From the IMG/VR virus record IMGVR_UViG_3300032038_000018, positions 1-64,000 of that record: a DNA stretch of 64,000 nt, one strand, 5' to 3'. A program made the position numbers and the translations under genes. This DNA comes from a virus. Its lineage: Duplodnaviria; Caudoviricetes. The notes below the pieces were generated by a model, which had not been told where the DNA came from, made no database searches, and saw only the letters and a list, made by a program, of their open reading frames with translations. Numbering within the stretch: position 1 is the stretch's first letter; every line of letters starts with the position of its first letter. Shown in pieces: positions 18,871 through 29,341 of the stretch.

Positions 18871-20258
18871 TGACAAATATACCTGTGAATACACTTGATA
18901 CAAAGTATACATCATTAGCAAAGCTGTTGGCAAAACCTAAGAATGACACCTTGAAATATGATACATACTATAGCTTCCCTGTGAAGATATCATCTATTGA
19001 TTATGGTTATATAACATTATCAGATGGATCTATCAAGAAAATGTTCGTTGCATCTAATGAAGCTGACGAACTCAAGACTAATACAATATATTTCTCGGAA
19101 GATGGAGTTAACTGGTTTAATATAGATTTCCCAGTTGTGGAATCCACATCGGTATATAATAAGATCTGTATATTCAATGGATCAATATATATGCTATATG
19201 ATGATAAATTATGCAAATTATCTAATTTCGATATTGAGAATGGTATTATGACTAAGACTGATATAGAAGGCGAAGCATATGATATCATCGTAATAAAAAA
19301 TGAATTATGGGCATTGGCTCATAATGGCATTTATAGAGTATTATCAGATGATAAATACTCTGACCTGATACAGATAACCGGAGACTTTGTATTTGAGAGA
19401 TTCATTAATTCTGCAGTGGATGATTTAGTATTAATGGGTTACGCAGATAAGTTTCCTGTATTTGTATTATTTGATGGAGAACCTCATCCTATATTTATTA
19501 CAGCAGATTTCCAGATACAGACTGCAATTAGTTATAAAGACTATATCTATTGCTATACTAAAGATGAAAGAATCATTACTATATATAAGACTCAAGATTT
19601 GAGTAAGACATCTTATAGTGTATATGCAGGATACAGATGGTCAGGAGAAGTATATTATTATCATTCATATTTCTGGATAGCATATACCGAATTCGTTAAT
19701 AATGAATTCTTTACATATGTAGCTAAATCTAATAATGGAATAGACTTCGAAGCAGATGTAAAAGTACCAAGAGAATCCGAAAATGCCGGTGCTTTTGTTA
19801 TAGCTACAACTCCTGATATGGAATCTATAGTGTGTATTGGATTAGGAGATCTATATACACTAATACCGTCTATAAATTATTTTAGTTATGGTAAAGCAAA
19901 TATACTCAATACATGTTATGACTTAACTGAATCTCGTGAAGTAACTATAACACAAACTGATTTCAGTGATGTAGATAACTTTAGCAAATATAATATCAAA
20001 GTTTCTGTAGTATATGGTAAAACTATATTGGATACTGATGTCAAATTTGACATTAGCCCAAGGGTTAAAGATCATAGCATTGTGTTTAAGCTAAAAGATA
20101 AAGAATACGATATTCCTGAAATAGAACCTGAGGAATTGGAAGTATTAGAAGATGATAGTGAAGAAGAATCCGATGAACTTCCTGATGAGGAGATCGTAGT
20201 AGAACCGGATAAACTTCAGGTTCGTGTTCTCATATACGGCATAGAGTCGGTATGCTAA
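18870..20258 (+). CDS. Hypothetical, possibly beta-propeller (BNR-like) structural protein with acidic tail
   Basis: FSEDGVNW and KSNNGIDF Asp-box-like motifs; TAATG coupling to the previous gene. Confidence 0.55.
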   Translation: MTNIPVNTLDTKYTSLAKLLAKPKNDTLKYDTYYSFPVKISSIDYGYITLSDGSIKKMFVASNEADELKTNTIYFSEDGVNWFNIDFPVVESTSVYNKICIFNGSIYMLYDDKLCKLSNFDIENGIMTKTDIEGEAYDIIVIKNELWALAHNGIYRVLSDDKYSDLIQITGDFVFERFINSAVDDLVLMGYADKFPVFVLFDGEPHPIFITADFQIQTAISYKDYIYCYTKDERIITIYKTQDLSKTSYSVYAGYRWSGEVYYYHSYFWIAYTEFVNNEFFTYVAKSNNGIDFEADVKVPRESENAGAFVIATTPDMESIVCIGLGDLYTLIPSINYFSYGKANILNTCYDLTESREVTITQTDFSDVDNFSKYNIKVSVVYGKTILDTDVKFDISPRVKDHSIVFKLKDKEYDIPEIEPEELEVLEDDSEEESDELPDEEIVVEPDKLQVRVLIYGIESVC

Positions 20259-20290
20259 CATTTTATTAAAAATAGTTAGTAGGTGATATA

Positions 20291-20665
20291 ATGGATGAAT
20301 TTTCAATAAGATCGATTGAATTTAAGAACGTCAATAATTTACCTACAGGAGATCCTGCAGTTACAACATTAGTTGGCGTCAATACAAATTTGAAAGATTT
20401 CGTAAAGATTCCAATGGATAATCTTATCACTGATAAACTTACTGCAGATCCAACTCCTGCTGTTAGTGGTATGACTTTAATATTCAATACAAGTGATAGG
20501 AAGTATCATATAGGAAAAGATTATACATCGGTGGAACTCACGCATTTAAATGCGATAGATACATATTTACAAAGAGCAACTAATAGCGGATGCCGTGAAG
20601 GTGCATGCACTAATTATTGTGTAGCAGTTGCAACTAGTGTGTCTACATTAGTTCAATCATCATAA
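20291..20665 (+). CDS. Small protein with short C-terminal CXXX motif
   Basis: Ends SGCREGACTNYC, similar to SSCRTGCTGLC at the start of the 11822..12877 repeat. Confidence 0.65.
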   Translation: MDEFSIRSIEFKNVNNLPTGDPAVTTLVGVNTNLKDFVKIPMDNLITDKLTADPTPAVSGMTLIFNTSDRKYHIGKDYTSVELTHLNAIDTYLQRATNSGCREGACTNYCVAVATSVSTLVQSS

Positions 20666-20679
20666 GGTGGTGATTACAC

Positions 20680-21498
20680 ATGCCTATCGAATACGATAAA
20701 GACGGTAGTCATTTTTATGATGCGTTTGGTGTAAGGCAAACCAAATATTTTGAGCCACATATGGCGCCCTTAATTAGAGCCAATGTACTCGCTGGCGTAA
20801 CTGATGGAAACTTTAAGCTAATGATTAGAGATGGTAATGACTATTATATAATTCAAAGAGTGCAGACAGGTGTATCTGAATTCAATGAAATTATCAACTA
20901 TGTTAATACGATTTCATATACTGTAGGTAGTGATGGATATTTGGTGTTTAGTCCATATCGTCCTCGACAATGGATAGATGCGCAGGTGTATTTTTGGAAT
21001 ACTGCGAGTACTTCTGCTACTAAAATGTATGCTATTAACCGCCCGGTATATTTAAATTTGGCGACCAGAACGATAGATGGCGTTTTATTTGACCGTCCAC
21101 GTATGATAACACAGAATTATTCTAAATATTATATAGATTTTTCATGCATATTGTGGATACGTTCAACTGCAACAGCTGTAAGTGATGCTAGTCAAGTATA
21201 TTATAATCCGGTAGTTAATGGGATTTCATTGTTAAATCACATATTCACTGATGCAAATAGTGGTACTTTACGTACAGCATACTATGATACTGACACATAC
21301 ACCAATGGCTCACATACCAATATAAAAGCAAATGGAGCATGGCAAAATTGGAATAACCAAGGTGTAACAACTGGTAATATCAATTTCTATACCAAATATG
21401 AAAATGCGATGCATCGATTTAATTATATGTGGCTAAAAGATAATAATACATGGAAATCGATTTATCGTCAAGCATCGCCAGATATCAAACAATTATAA
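20680..21498 (+). CDS. Hypothetical tail-region protein
   Basis: AAGGTGGTGA RBS; C-terminal MWLKDNNTWK motif. Confidence 0.6.
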   Translation: MPIEYDKDGSHFYDAFGVRQTKYFEPHMAPLIRANVLAGVTDGNFKLMIRDGNDYYIIQRVQTGVSEFNEIINYVNTISYTVGSDGYLVFSPYRPRQWIDAQVYFWNTASTSATKMYAINRPVYLNLATRTIDGVLFDRPRMITQNYSKYYIDFSCILWIRSTATAVSDASQVYYNPVVNGISLLNHIFTDANSGTLRTAYYDTDTYTNGSHTNIKANGAWQNWNNQGVTTGNINFYTKYENAMHRFNYMWLKDNNTWKSIYRQASPDIKQL

Positions 21499-21518
21499 CA
21501 AATTGAAGGTGAAATAAA

Positions 21519-22439
21519 ATGAGTTTTTCAATTAAATTCAAAGGCATGGATGCAATACCTGCAATAATTGTATATGCATCAAAGCAGCAAGTTACATCCT
21601 ATGCTGATATAAATAAGATAGATAATAGAGAAGTGCTACAGATACATTTCCCTGAGCTCACTGACTATAATCTTCTTATGCAAGCTTATAGCAGTGAAGA
21701 TGCATTATCTGAGATAACAATCACTGATGAAGATAATTCTCAGTATATCTATATGGATTATGTAATAAGAATATCTCTATCTCTTAATGCAGTTGAGAAT
21801 GACCAAGACGCAAACACTGCTGCTAATCATTGGATAATGACAGTAGCTCAGCTCACTGAGACTGATAAAGAGTTAAGACGCATGGTTGATACAATTACAC
21901 AATCACCATCCACACTTACTCTTCAAGAATATAAAGAAGTAAGAGTAGAGCAGTCTAAGACACTTCTCCAGAAATTCCTCAATGATAATCCTCTTATCAC
22001 AAATTGCAAGAGTGGTATATATGCACCTTATTCTGCAACTATGGATAAGCAAACTCTGTTCATGAATCAGTGTGTATGCTATTACTTCAATAAATTGAAT
22101 GGCATTGAAGATAGTATTATGTGGAATGAACGTGGTAAGCCTTGTACTGTATGGACAATGGAAGAAGCACTTCCGTTTATGAATGCAATGAAGGCATATA
22201 CTAAGCCTCTCATTTCTGCACAGCAACAGTATGAAGTTGATATACTTGCATTACCTGATAAGGCTGCAGTTGAAGCTTATGTAATAGACTATTCTCAGGT
22301 ACCTGCTCCTAATGGTAGAGCATGGTGGGTAGGATATACTGCAGATGAAGTAAGGAGACTCATTGAGCACTTCGGCGATACAGAAACTAAGCCTGATGGT
22401 GCTGATGAATATTTACATGGTAAACCAACAACTCTGTAA
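21519..22439 (+). CDS. Tail-fibre assembly/chaperone-like protein
   Basis: C-terminal WN..G..C..WT...Y.KPL...QQ.YE..I...V..Y.IDY pattern typical of tail-module accessory proteins. Confidence 0.5.
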   Translation: MSFSIKFKGMDAIPAIIVYASKQQVTSYADINKIDNREVLQIHFPELTDYNLLMQAYSSEDALSEITITDEDNSQYIYMDYVIRISLSLNAVENDQDANTAANHWIMTVAQLTETDKELRRMVDTITQSPSTLTLQEYKEVRVEQSKTLLQKFLNDNPLITNCKSGIYAPYSATMDKQTLFMNQCVCYYFNKLNGIEDSIMWNERGKPCTVWTMEEALPFMNAMKAYTKPLISAQQQYEVDILALPDKAAVEAYVIDYSQVPAPNGRAWWVGYTADEVRRLIEHFGDTETKPDGADEYLHGKPTTL

Positions 22440-22463
22440 TTTTTTATATGGAGGTAACTTATC

Positions 22464-22661
22464 ATGATGACTCGCAATGAAGTATTAGAGCTTATAGCAG
22501 ATTCTCAGGATCTCATATCCAGAATTAGAGTTGTACTTGGCACTATATGCATAGAAGCCAAATCTGCTCAAGATGTGGTATCTGTTGATAATGCTCTCGC
22601 TTCCCTCAATGGGAATTTAACTAAGATTCTTACTGAATATCCGCCTGAGGATAAAGAATAA
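22464..22661 (+). CDS. Small hypothetical protein
   Basis: GGAGGT RBS; followed by a hairpin terminator. Confidence 0.6.
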   Translation: MMTRNEVLELIADSQDLISRIRVVLGTICIEAKSAQDVVSVDNALASLNGNLTKILTEYPPEDKE

Positions 22662-22747
22662 GTTAAACAAATCTATACTAGGGTAATTCCTGGTATAGAT
22701 TTTTCTGGGTACAACTATATAATTTTTATAGAAAAGGGTGAAAACAT

Positions 22748-24760
22748 ATGTCAAAAACTAATCCATTGGTAGTACTTGACCCCGGACATGGTCCTGTTAC
22801 AAACCCGTATCCTGCAGCTAGCGGATATTATGAAGGCACTCAGATGTATAAGCTTATGCTTGTACTTAAGTCTCGCCTTGAAGAGAGTGGAATCAATGTA
22901 ATCACTACAAGGAAAAAGATTACAGATGATCCTGATCTGTCCACTCGTGGTTCGACTGCTGGTAAGAATAAAGCTGATTTATTTATATCTCTTCATTCCG
23001 ATGCAGTTGGTAACTATGTAGCATCTGCGAATGGTGTAAGTGCATACTATAGTATTCAAGACAGTGCTGCTAATAAAGTATTTGCAGCTAAAGTATCTTC
23101 TTCTATAGCAGCTCTTATAGGAACTAGAGATAGAGGTGCATTGACCAGACTTGGCAGTAATGGACTTGATTACTATGGAGTAATTAGAAGTGCTGCTGCA
23201 TCTGGATGCAGAAATGCATTCTTGGTTGAGCATGGTTTCCATACCAATTCAAACGATGTTAAATGGTTAATATCCGATAATAAATTAGCTCAGATTGCTG
23301 AAATGTGGACTAAGATATTATGCGAATATTTTGGGAAGACTTATAAACAAGCTGTCCCGATTTCTAATATCAATGTAACGACCACAACTAATCCGACAAC
23401 AACTGCTACTACAGATAAACAAATCACCATATACAAGCAACTTTATAAATATACTAATGCAGCTAATGCATTATCCGGTAATACTTCATTAGCATCCGGA
23501 CAGTTACAGCCTGGTGCATATTATATCTATAAAGAGTATAATGGTGCAACTAACTTAACTAAGACAGCAGGAACTCCAGGTTCTTGGGTAGTTATTAGTA
23601 ATGCTGCTGCATCTGTACCTGCAGATATAGAAACCCCTGTAGCTACACCTGATAAGTATACAACTACTAATAAATTCAAGATCTATATGAGTTCTGCAGA
23701 TGCTGCTGCTAAAGTAAATCCTCTTAAGAATTCAGATGGAACTTTTAAGACATACGATGCAGGCACATACTATATTTATAAGAGAATTAATGATACTGTA
23801 ATTAATATATCCACTAAATCAGGTATTGCCGGTGCATGGATAAATATCAACGACTTCCTTGAAGACGAGAAAACCGTATTCAAGAAAGGTGATATTGCAG
23901 TATTTAAGTCAGGTGTAATTCCCTATTATAGCGATGGCACACGAATTCCGTTATACGTTATTGCAGAAGTAAATGGTAAGAAGAGTTCTCCTGTAATATC
24001 TGTAGACCTCAACAACAATGTTTCAATATACAATGTAGAGAAATCCATTCCTAATAAGTATCTTCAGATTGGTATATATGCTACAGATGCAACACTTGCT
24101 AAAGCAAATGGATATTCTGATAAGCATACAACCAAAGATGAGCTCACATCTTTATTAGAGTCTAAATATGGTTCTCTTAAACTCTTAGCTAATAGCAAAG
24201 GTTATAAAGAGTTTGTAGAATACATGGATAATCTTTTAGAAGATGATGTCGTTATAGATACTGATAGCGATCTTGATCCTATTATGGGCGAATCGTATCT
24301 CACTGTAAATCAGTTAGTAAGATTCGTTAAAGCACAAAATCCCAAGTTTGATGGAAACATTGCTGCTGCATTTATAGAGAAATGTAAAAAGTATGGCATT
24401 CGTGGTGATGTCGCATTCTGTCAATCTATCTTAGAGACAGGATGGTTTAAATATGTAGGCTCTGCTGTTACAGAAGATCAACATAATTATGCAGGTCTTG
24501 GTGTAACATCTAATGGTGTTAAAGGTCTTTCATTCGGATCTGTATCTGCTGGTGTAGAAGCTCAGCTTCAACATCTGTATGCATATGCAACTAAAGCAGA
24601 TCTTCCCGAAGGAACTACATTATTAGACCCCAGATTCAAATTAGTTGCTAGAGGTTCTGCTCCCAGATGGGTAGATCTTAATCAGAAGTGGTCTTCTAGC
24701 ATTGAGTATGGTCAGAAGATATTAGCAATATATAAACAAGCGTGCAATAGTAGCTTATAA
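22748..24760 (+). CDS. Endolysin: Amidase_3 plus C-terminal glucosaminidase
   Basis: LDPGHG, ISLHSDA and LVEHGFHTN zinc-amidase motifs; QSILETGWF...HNYAGLG glucosaminidase; two internal YYIYK...G.W repeats. Confidence 0.88.
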   Translation: MSKTNPLVVLDPGHGPVTNPYPAASGYYEGTQMYKLMLVLKSRLEESGINVITTRKKITDDPDLSTRGSTAGKNKADLFISLHSDAVGNYVASANGVSAYYSIQDSAANKVFAAKVSSSIAALIGTRDRGALTRLGSNGLDYYGVIRSAAASGCRNAFLVEHGFHTNSNDVKWLISDNKLAQIAEMWTKILCEYFGKTYKQAVPISNINVTTTTNPTTTATTDKQITIYKQLYKYTNAANALSGNTSLASGQLQPGAYYIYKEYNGATNLTKTAGTPGSWVVISNAAASVPADIETPVATPDKYTTTNKFKIYMSSADAAAKVNPLKNSDGTFKTYDAGTYYIYKRINDTVINISTKSGIAGAWININDFLEDEKTVFKKGDIAVFKSGVIPYYSDGTRIPLYVIAEVNGKKSSPVISVDLNNNVSIYNVEKSIPNKYLQIGIYATDATLAKANGYSDKHTTKDELTSLLESKYGSLKLLANSKGYKEFVEYMDNLLEDDVVIDTDSDLDPIMGESYLTVNQLVRFVKAQNPKFDGNIAAAFIEKCKKYGIRGDVAFCQSILETGWFKYVGSAVTEDQHNYAGLGVTSNGVKGLSFGSVSAGVEAQLQHLYAYATKADLPEGTTLLDPRFKLVARGSAPRWVDLNQKWSSSIEYGQKILAIYKQACNSSL

Positions 24761-24859
24761 TTTGATTTATATATTTTATTATCGACGATTAAACTAAAGA
24801 ATAACACTTTAGTTTAATCGTCACATTTTATATTTAATATATCTAAGGAGGACAATAAA

Positions 24860-25321
24860 ATGAATGGCAGAATAAAGAAGATCAGTGCGTCAAGAGATGC
24901 ACTGGAGAAGCATCAAAATGATGCGGGCAAGGGCTTAATTAAGATCCAACATGGATGCCCGCATAATATTGACGGTGACACAGGCAGATGCCTGAGGCTT
25001 ATTAAGAAAGACGGTAAAGCATACTTTAGATGCACCGTGTGCAACAAGATCATCACGATCACACCGCCTAAGCCCGAAGAATTTAAGAAAGCTGTAGAAG
25101 TAATTGAGAATGGTCTCGATTATTTCAAGATGCAGCTTATTGACACCAATTCCAAAGAGGATAAGGTTCTCGACAAGACCGCAACCACACTTGACCTGTT
25201 AACAGATTGCTCTAAAATGTATGACAATCTTGCAGCAATGGATGGCAGACGTAAGAAGAATAATAACAATGATCGCAGGAGAACTTCTTGCGTAATCTCG
25301 AACAAATCTGTTCTTGACTAA
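24860..25321 (+). CDS. Hypothetical protein with putative Zn-binding motif
   Basis: CPH...CTVC; AAGGAGG RBS. Confidence 0.65.
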   Translation: MNGRIKKISASRDALEKHQNDAGKGLIKIQHGCPHNIDGDTGRCLRLIKKDGKAYFRCTVCNKIITITPPKPEEFKKAVEVIENGLDYFKMQLIDTNSKEDKVLDKTATTLDLLTDCSKMYDNLAAMDGRRKKNNNNDRRRTSCVISNKSVLD

Positions 25322-25459
25322 AATGAATATCGGTATACCATATGGTATACCGATTATTTTTTATATGAGCCCCGCAAATTTCGTATACTCCTTTATATAT
25401 TCTATAAATAATAGAATAAACAATTGCCCAAGATCGGGCAAGACTTTAGGAGGTATATT

Positions 25460-25732
25460 ATGCTAGAACTTACTACCAACGTTGCATCCACCGATATCAC
25501 TGCACAGCTTAAGGCACTTGAAGGACTTAAGCTTGGCCCAAGTGAACTCCACACAATCGGCAGCAAGATAGCCGAAATGGTACTGTCAACAGTACCAGAG
25601 GGATACACGCTGCGGTCATGGATCTATGAAAATGAGGCTGAAATCGATAGCCTTATTTTCAAGAACTTTGACAATCACAATCTAGTTCATGCTCTGCAGT
25701 TCGCAGAGATTGAACTAAGAAAACATCTATAA
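25460..25732 (+). CDS. Early-cassette hypothetical protein
   Basis: AGGAGGT RBS before ATG at 25460; flanked by promoter motif and terminator. Confidence 0.65.
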   Translation: MLELTTNVASTDITAQLKALEGLKLGPSELHTIGSKIAEMVLSTVPEGYTLRSWIYENEAEIDSLIFKNFDNHNLVHALQFAEIELRKHL

Positions 25733-25734
25733 AA

Positions 25735-25766
25735 TATAAGCCGCCTTCGGGTGGCTTATATTTTTT
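25735..25766 (+). terminator. Intrinsic terminator, GCC(A/G)CC-TTCG-GGTGGC family
   Basis: UUCG-loop hairpin plus U-tract; near-identical copies at 26490, 35861 and 36397. Confidence 0.85.
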
Positions 25767-25843
25767 GCAATTTTCAATTCTTTTTTGTTTTATATATTCT
25801 ATATGTGTATGAATAAACCTTTTTAGTACACAGGAGGTATTTT

Positions 25844-26227
25844 ATGAGTGATTTCATGAACTATTCAGCAACAACTTTATCTTTTGAGGATCTCAATGCT
25901 TTATATTATAAGGCAACTCATGACGCAACATTTAAACTTCGGAATAATCTCACTAAGGTTAAAGAATTCTTTGACCGTAATCAGGTAGAACTTGCCGGCA
26001 TCCTCGGATGCATTATTGGCGCAACTGCGCAGAATGTCGTGACAACAAAATGGAATTTTGACAAGCACAGCGATGTTGTAAATTTTGTATTTACTATGGG
26101 AACAAACAGAGAGCAGGCGGATAAGTACCGCAAGTTTATAACTATCATGAAGATAGTTTCAATTGGTGCCAAAGTTGGAAGCATTATCGACAACGAAATG
26201 AACAAGAACAAGGGGGAAATAGCATGA
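25844..26227 (+). CDS. Early-cassette hypothetical protein
   Basis: AGGAGGT RBS; upstream promoter motif at 25791. Confidence 0.65.
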   Translation: MSDFMNYSATTLSFEDLNALYYKATHDATFKLRNNLTKVKEFFDRNQVELAGILGCIIGATAQNVVTTKWNFDKHSDVVNFVFTMGTNREQADKYRKFITIMKIVSIGAKVGSIIDNEMNKNKGEIA

Positions 26228-26484
26228 CCAGATATGTAAAAGTAGTAAGCGATCCACTGAGAACTGCCGATTACATTAATGCCGAGATGATAACCGAAAT
26301 ATCTCCAGTATATGACAGTTATAGAGACGAGTTGAAATGCATAAACATTTCAACTATACATGAGACCTATGCTCATTATATAGGTCGCAGTATGTCTGTA
26401 GATGAAGCTAACAGCCTCGTCGAGAAAATCATTTACTGTATGTTAGACCCACGCGACATAGGCAACATTATTCACATCGACTGA
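26224..26484 (+). CDS. Hypothetical protein
   Basis: Overlapping start/stop with the previous gene. Confidence 0.6.
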   Translation: MTRYVKVVSDPLRTADYINAEMITEISPVYDSYRDELKCINISTIHETYAHYIGRSMSVDEANSLVEKIIYCMLDPRDIGNIIHID

Positions 26485-26489
26485 AATAT

Positions 26490-26517
26490 AAGCCACCTTC
26501 GGGTGGCTTTATTTTTT
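26490..26517 (+). terminator. Intrinsic terminator (repeat family)
   Basis: AAGCCACC-TTCG-GGTGGCTT plus U-tract. Confidence 0.85.
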
Positions 26518-26616
26518 GTACGAATTATATTTTTTTGATTTATGCTAAACAATTATATATCATATACCCGAGTAAGTACTCGGATTATCATATGATATGA
26601 AAGGAATGAGAATTTA

Positions 26617-29016
26617 ATGAGTTCTAGTACCAAGCAAAATATGGCATTTAAGGATGACACATATCAAGAAATTACAAACGAATTCAAACAAATACAAGAA
26701 TGTATAGGAATGTACATTTCGTCTAAAGGACACGATGGCGCATTTCATCTATTCAAAGAGATATTTAACAATGCTCTTGATGAATGTGCTAACAAGAACT
26801 CTCCTGCTAATAAGATATCAATTCAATTATTTGAAGAAGATGGATTAATATCTGTAGCTGATAATGGTAGAGGAATGCCATTTGATGAGATGGTTGCTTC
26901 ATGCAGTAAGAAGCATACATCTACCAAATTTGGCAATAACAGAGATGCTAATAAGTTCTCTGCAGGAATGCATGGTGTAGGTCTTGTAGTAACGACAGCA
27001 TTATCTGACATTATGACTGCAACTTCTTATAGAGAATTTGCAGATGGTTCATCTAAGGAAAAGACGATAAGTTTTATCGCATGTAATCTTACTGAAGAAA
27101 AGCCTAAGACTTGTAAGAAGTCTAAGCATGGTTTTGTAGTAAGATTTATCCCAAGTAGAAAATACTTGGGAGACTTCACAATTACATCTGATGATGTAAT
27201 CACATGGCTCAGACACATGAGCTATATCATTCCTAAGGGAATAACTATGGAATTTGACTTTGTTCCTAAGGATAAGTCAAGTGTATTCAGAACTAGGACA
27301 TTTGAAGCAGTTGGTCTTAAGGATAATGTAACCTTCTTAAGTAGCAATGCTGAATTTGATCCTATATATGTACATGATGAGACAGAAACTGTAGAAATAG
27401 AATTTGCATTTACATATGATAAAACTGTTGATGATTATGTAGTAGACTCTTATTGTAACTATGTAATCACTAAAGATGGTGGTTATCATGAAGATGCATG
27501 TCTGTCTGCAGTAACAGACTACTTTGTTAAAGCAGCTAGGAAAGCTGACCCAGATGCGAAATATGAAGTAATTAGGTCAGATGTACGTAAAGGTTTAGTA
27601 TGTGCCGTGAACTTGAGAGCTATGAATGTAACTCTTGCAGGACAGCATAAATCCAAGGTAGAGTCTAAAGAGATTTACGATTATGTAAAACCTGCAGTAG
27701 TTAAAAAGCTCGACAAATATTTCTCATCTAACCAATCTATCTTAGAGAAGATAATTACATATCTCAGACAGATTGCTAAGATAAGAATAGAGTCTTATAA
27801 GATCAAAGACATTAAACCGCCTAAGGCAATGACACTTTATGATGAAGCAGACATCAAGAAATATGCTCCTATATCTGAAAGAAATAAGAAAGATTATTGT
27901 GAGCTTATTATCACAGAAGGAGACTCTGCATCTGGTGCTATAAAGCAAACCAGACATCCATATTATCAAGCACTGTATACTACAGGTGGTGTATTTACTA
28001 ATGTAATGGAAATGCCATTACAAGAAATAGTAAAGAAAGCTGTACCTGCAGATCTTATTAAGATTATCGGTTGTGGAATTGGGCCTCAATTCAATATAAA
28101 CAATCTCAGATGGAATAAGATCATACTTGCTATGGATGCTGACCCAGATGGAAACTTCATCAAGTCTCTCACATCCGCATTCATTATTATAACAATGCCC
28201 GAACTTATAGAAGATGGCAGATTGTATTCTGCTAGACCGCCTCTGTATACAATCAGTGATAGGTCTATCAAGAAGTATAAGCCATCTAAATCTTATCTCT
28301 ATGATAAGAGGGAATACAACAACTTTGAGAATTCTATTATAGCTAAGAATGTAGATCTCGCTATTAATGGAGCAATTCTTACCAATAGTGAGAAAATAGC
28401 ATGGCTTAATATGAATGCTAACTATATTCAGGAGTTAACACATCTTGAGAATGCAACTGCTTGTGATCCTGTCATTCTTGAATATCTCTGTGGCACAATG
28501 TTAGAATTACCATGTAGATATAATAAGAACGGTAAGAAGTTTGCTGATATTGAAAAGAAGATATTCCCTGAGATGAAGTATGATGAAAAGACGCATTCAC
28601 TATCAGGTGTATATAACAATAAGAAATATGCACTTATAGTAGATGAGGCATTTACATCTGCAGCTTCTGGTTTCTTAAAAGCAATGGCGCTTAATGACAG
28701 CATAGAAGTTGAATATAAGAATAAGCATAGTGACGATAAACCTGAAATAGTCACTATTGGTCAATTCTTAAAATCGGTAAGAAGTGAATACAATGTAGAA
28801 GTATCAGCAAGGTTTAAAGGACTTGGCGAAGTAAGTCCTCAGTTGTTATTCACATCTGCTATTAATCCCAAGACTAGGAAACTAGTCAGACTCACAATGG
28901 AAGATAGAGACAGAGTTATCCAAACTATGTTGAATCTTCATGGAATGAAAAATGTCGATATTAGAAAGAGTATGTTGATCGAGGCTAATGTAGACAAAGA
29001 CGACATAGATACTTGA
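26617..29016 (+). CDS. gyrB: Type IIA topoisomerase/gyrase subunit B
   Basis: EIFNNALDE, DNGRGMP, GMHGVG (GHKL ATPase); TEGDSA and DADPDG (TOPRIM); RFKGLGE. Confidence 0.92.
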   Translation: MSSSTKQNMAFKDDTYQEITNEFKQIQECIGMYISSKGHDGAFHLFKEIFNNALDECANKNSPANKISIQLFEEDGLISVADNGRGMPFDEMVASCSKKHTSTKFGNNRDANKFSAGMHGVGLVVTTALSDIMTATSYREFADGSSKEKTISFIACNLTEEKPKTCKKSKHGFVVRFIPSRKYLGDFTITSDDVITWLRHMSYIIPKGITMEFDFVPKDKSSVFRTRTFEAVGLKDNVTFLSSNAEFDPIYVHDETETVEIEFAFTYDKTVDDYVVDSYCNYVITKDGGYHEDACLSAVTDYFVKAARKADPDAKYEVIRSDVRKGLVCAVNLRAMNVTLAGQHKSKVESKEIYDYVKPAVVKKLDKYFSSNQSILEKIITYLRQIAKIRIESYKIKDIKPPKAMTLYDEADIKKYAPISERNKKDYCELIITEGDSASGAIKQTRHPYYQALYTTGGVFTNVMEMPLQEIVKKAVPADLIKIIGCGIGPQFNINNLRWNKIILAMDADPDGNFIKSLTSAFIIITMPELIEDGRLYSARPPLYTISDRSIKKYKPSKSYLYDKREYNNFENSIIAKNVDLAINGAILTNSEKIAWLNMNANYIQELTHLENATACDPVILEYLCGTMLELPCRYNKNGKKFADIEKKIFPEMKYDEKTHSLSGVYNNKKYALIVDEAFTSAASGFLKAMALNDSIEVEYKNKHSDDKPEIVTIGQFLKSVRSEYNVEVSARFKGLGEVSPQLLFTSAINPKTRKLVRLTMEDRDRVIQTMLNLHGMKNVDIRKSMLIEANVDKDDIDT

Positions 29017-29027
29017 GAGGTTTTATT

Positions 29028-29222
29028 ATGGATAAGAAAGAAGAAATTAAACGTATATTCAATAGATATACACAGAGCAATCCTATATTTATTAAGAGTC
29101 TCGACGATCATGATGACCATAAATTAGAGAACTCTATGAAAGAGTCTCTGAATAGGATAGGTGATTCTGATGAAGCCCCGAAATCTGAAACCCCTGACAA
29201 TGAAGATGACAGAAATAAATGA
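29028..29222 (+). CDS. Small hypothetical protein
   Basis: GAGG RBS before ATG at 29028. Confidence 0.45.
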   Translation: MDKKEEIKRIFNRYTQSNPIFIKSLDDHDDHKLENSMKESLNRIGDSDEAPKSETPDNEDDRNK

Positions 29223-29341
29223 ATTACTTATAGAGAAAAATGCCCTTGAAACCAAGGGCATTGACATATTAAATGACGAAGAACTTGACAGATATTATAT
29301 GATAAAAGATAGAATAACTGAATTAGTAGGAGGAAACAAAG

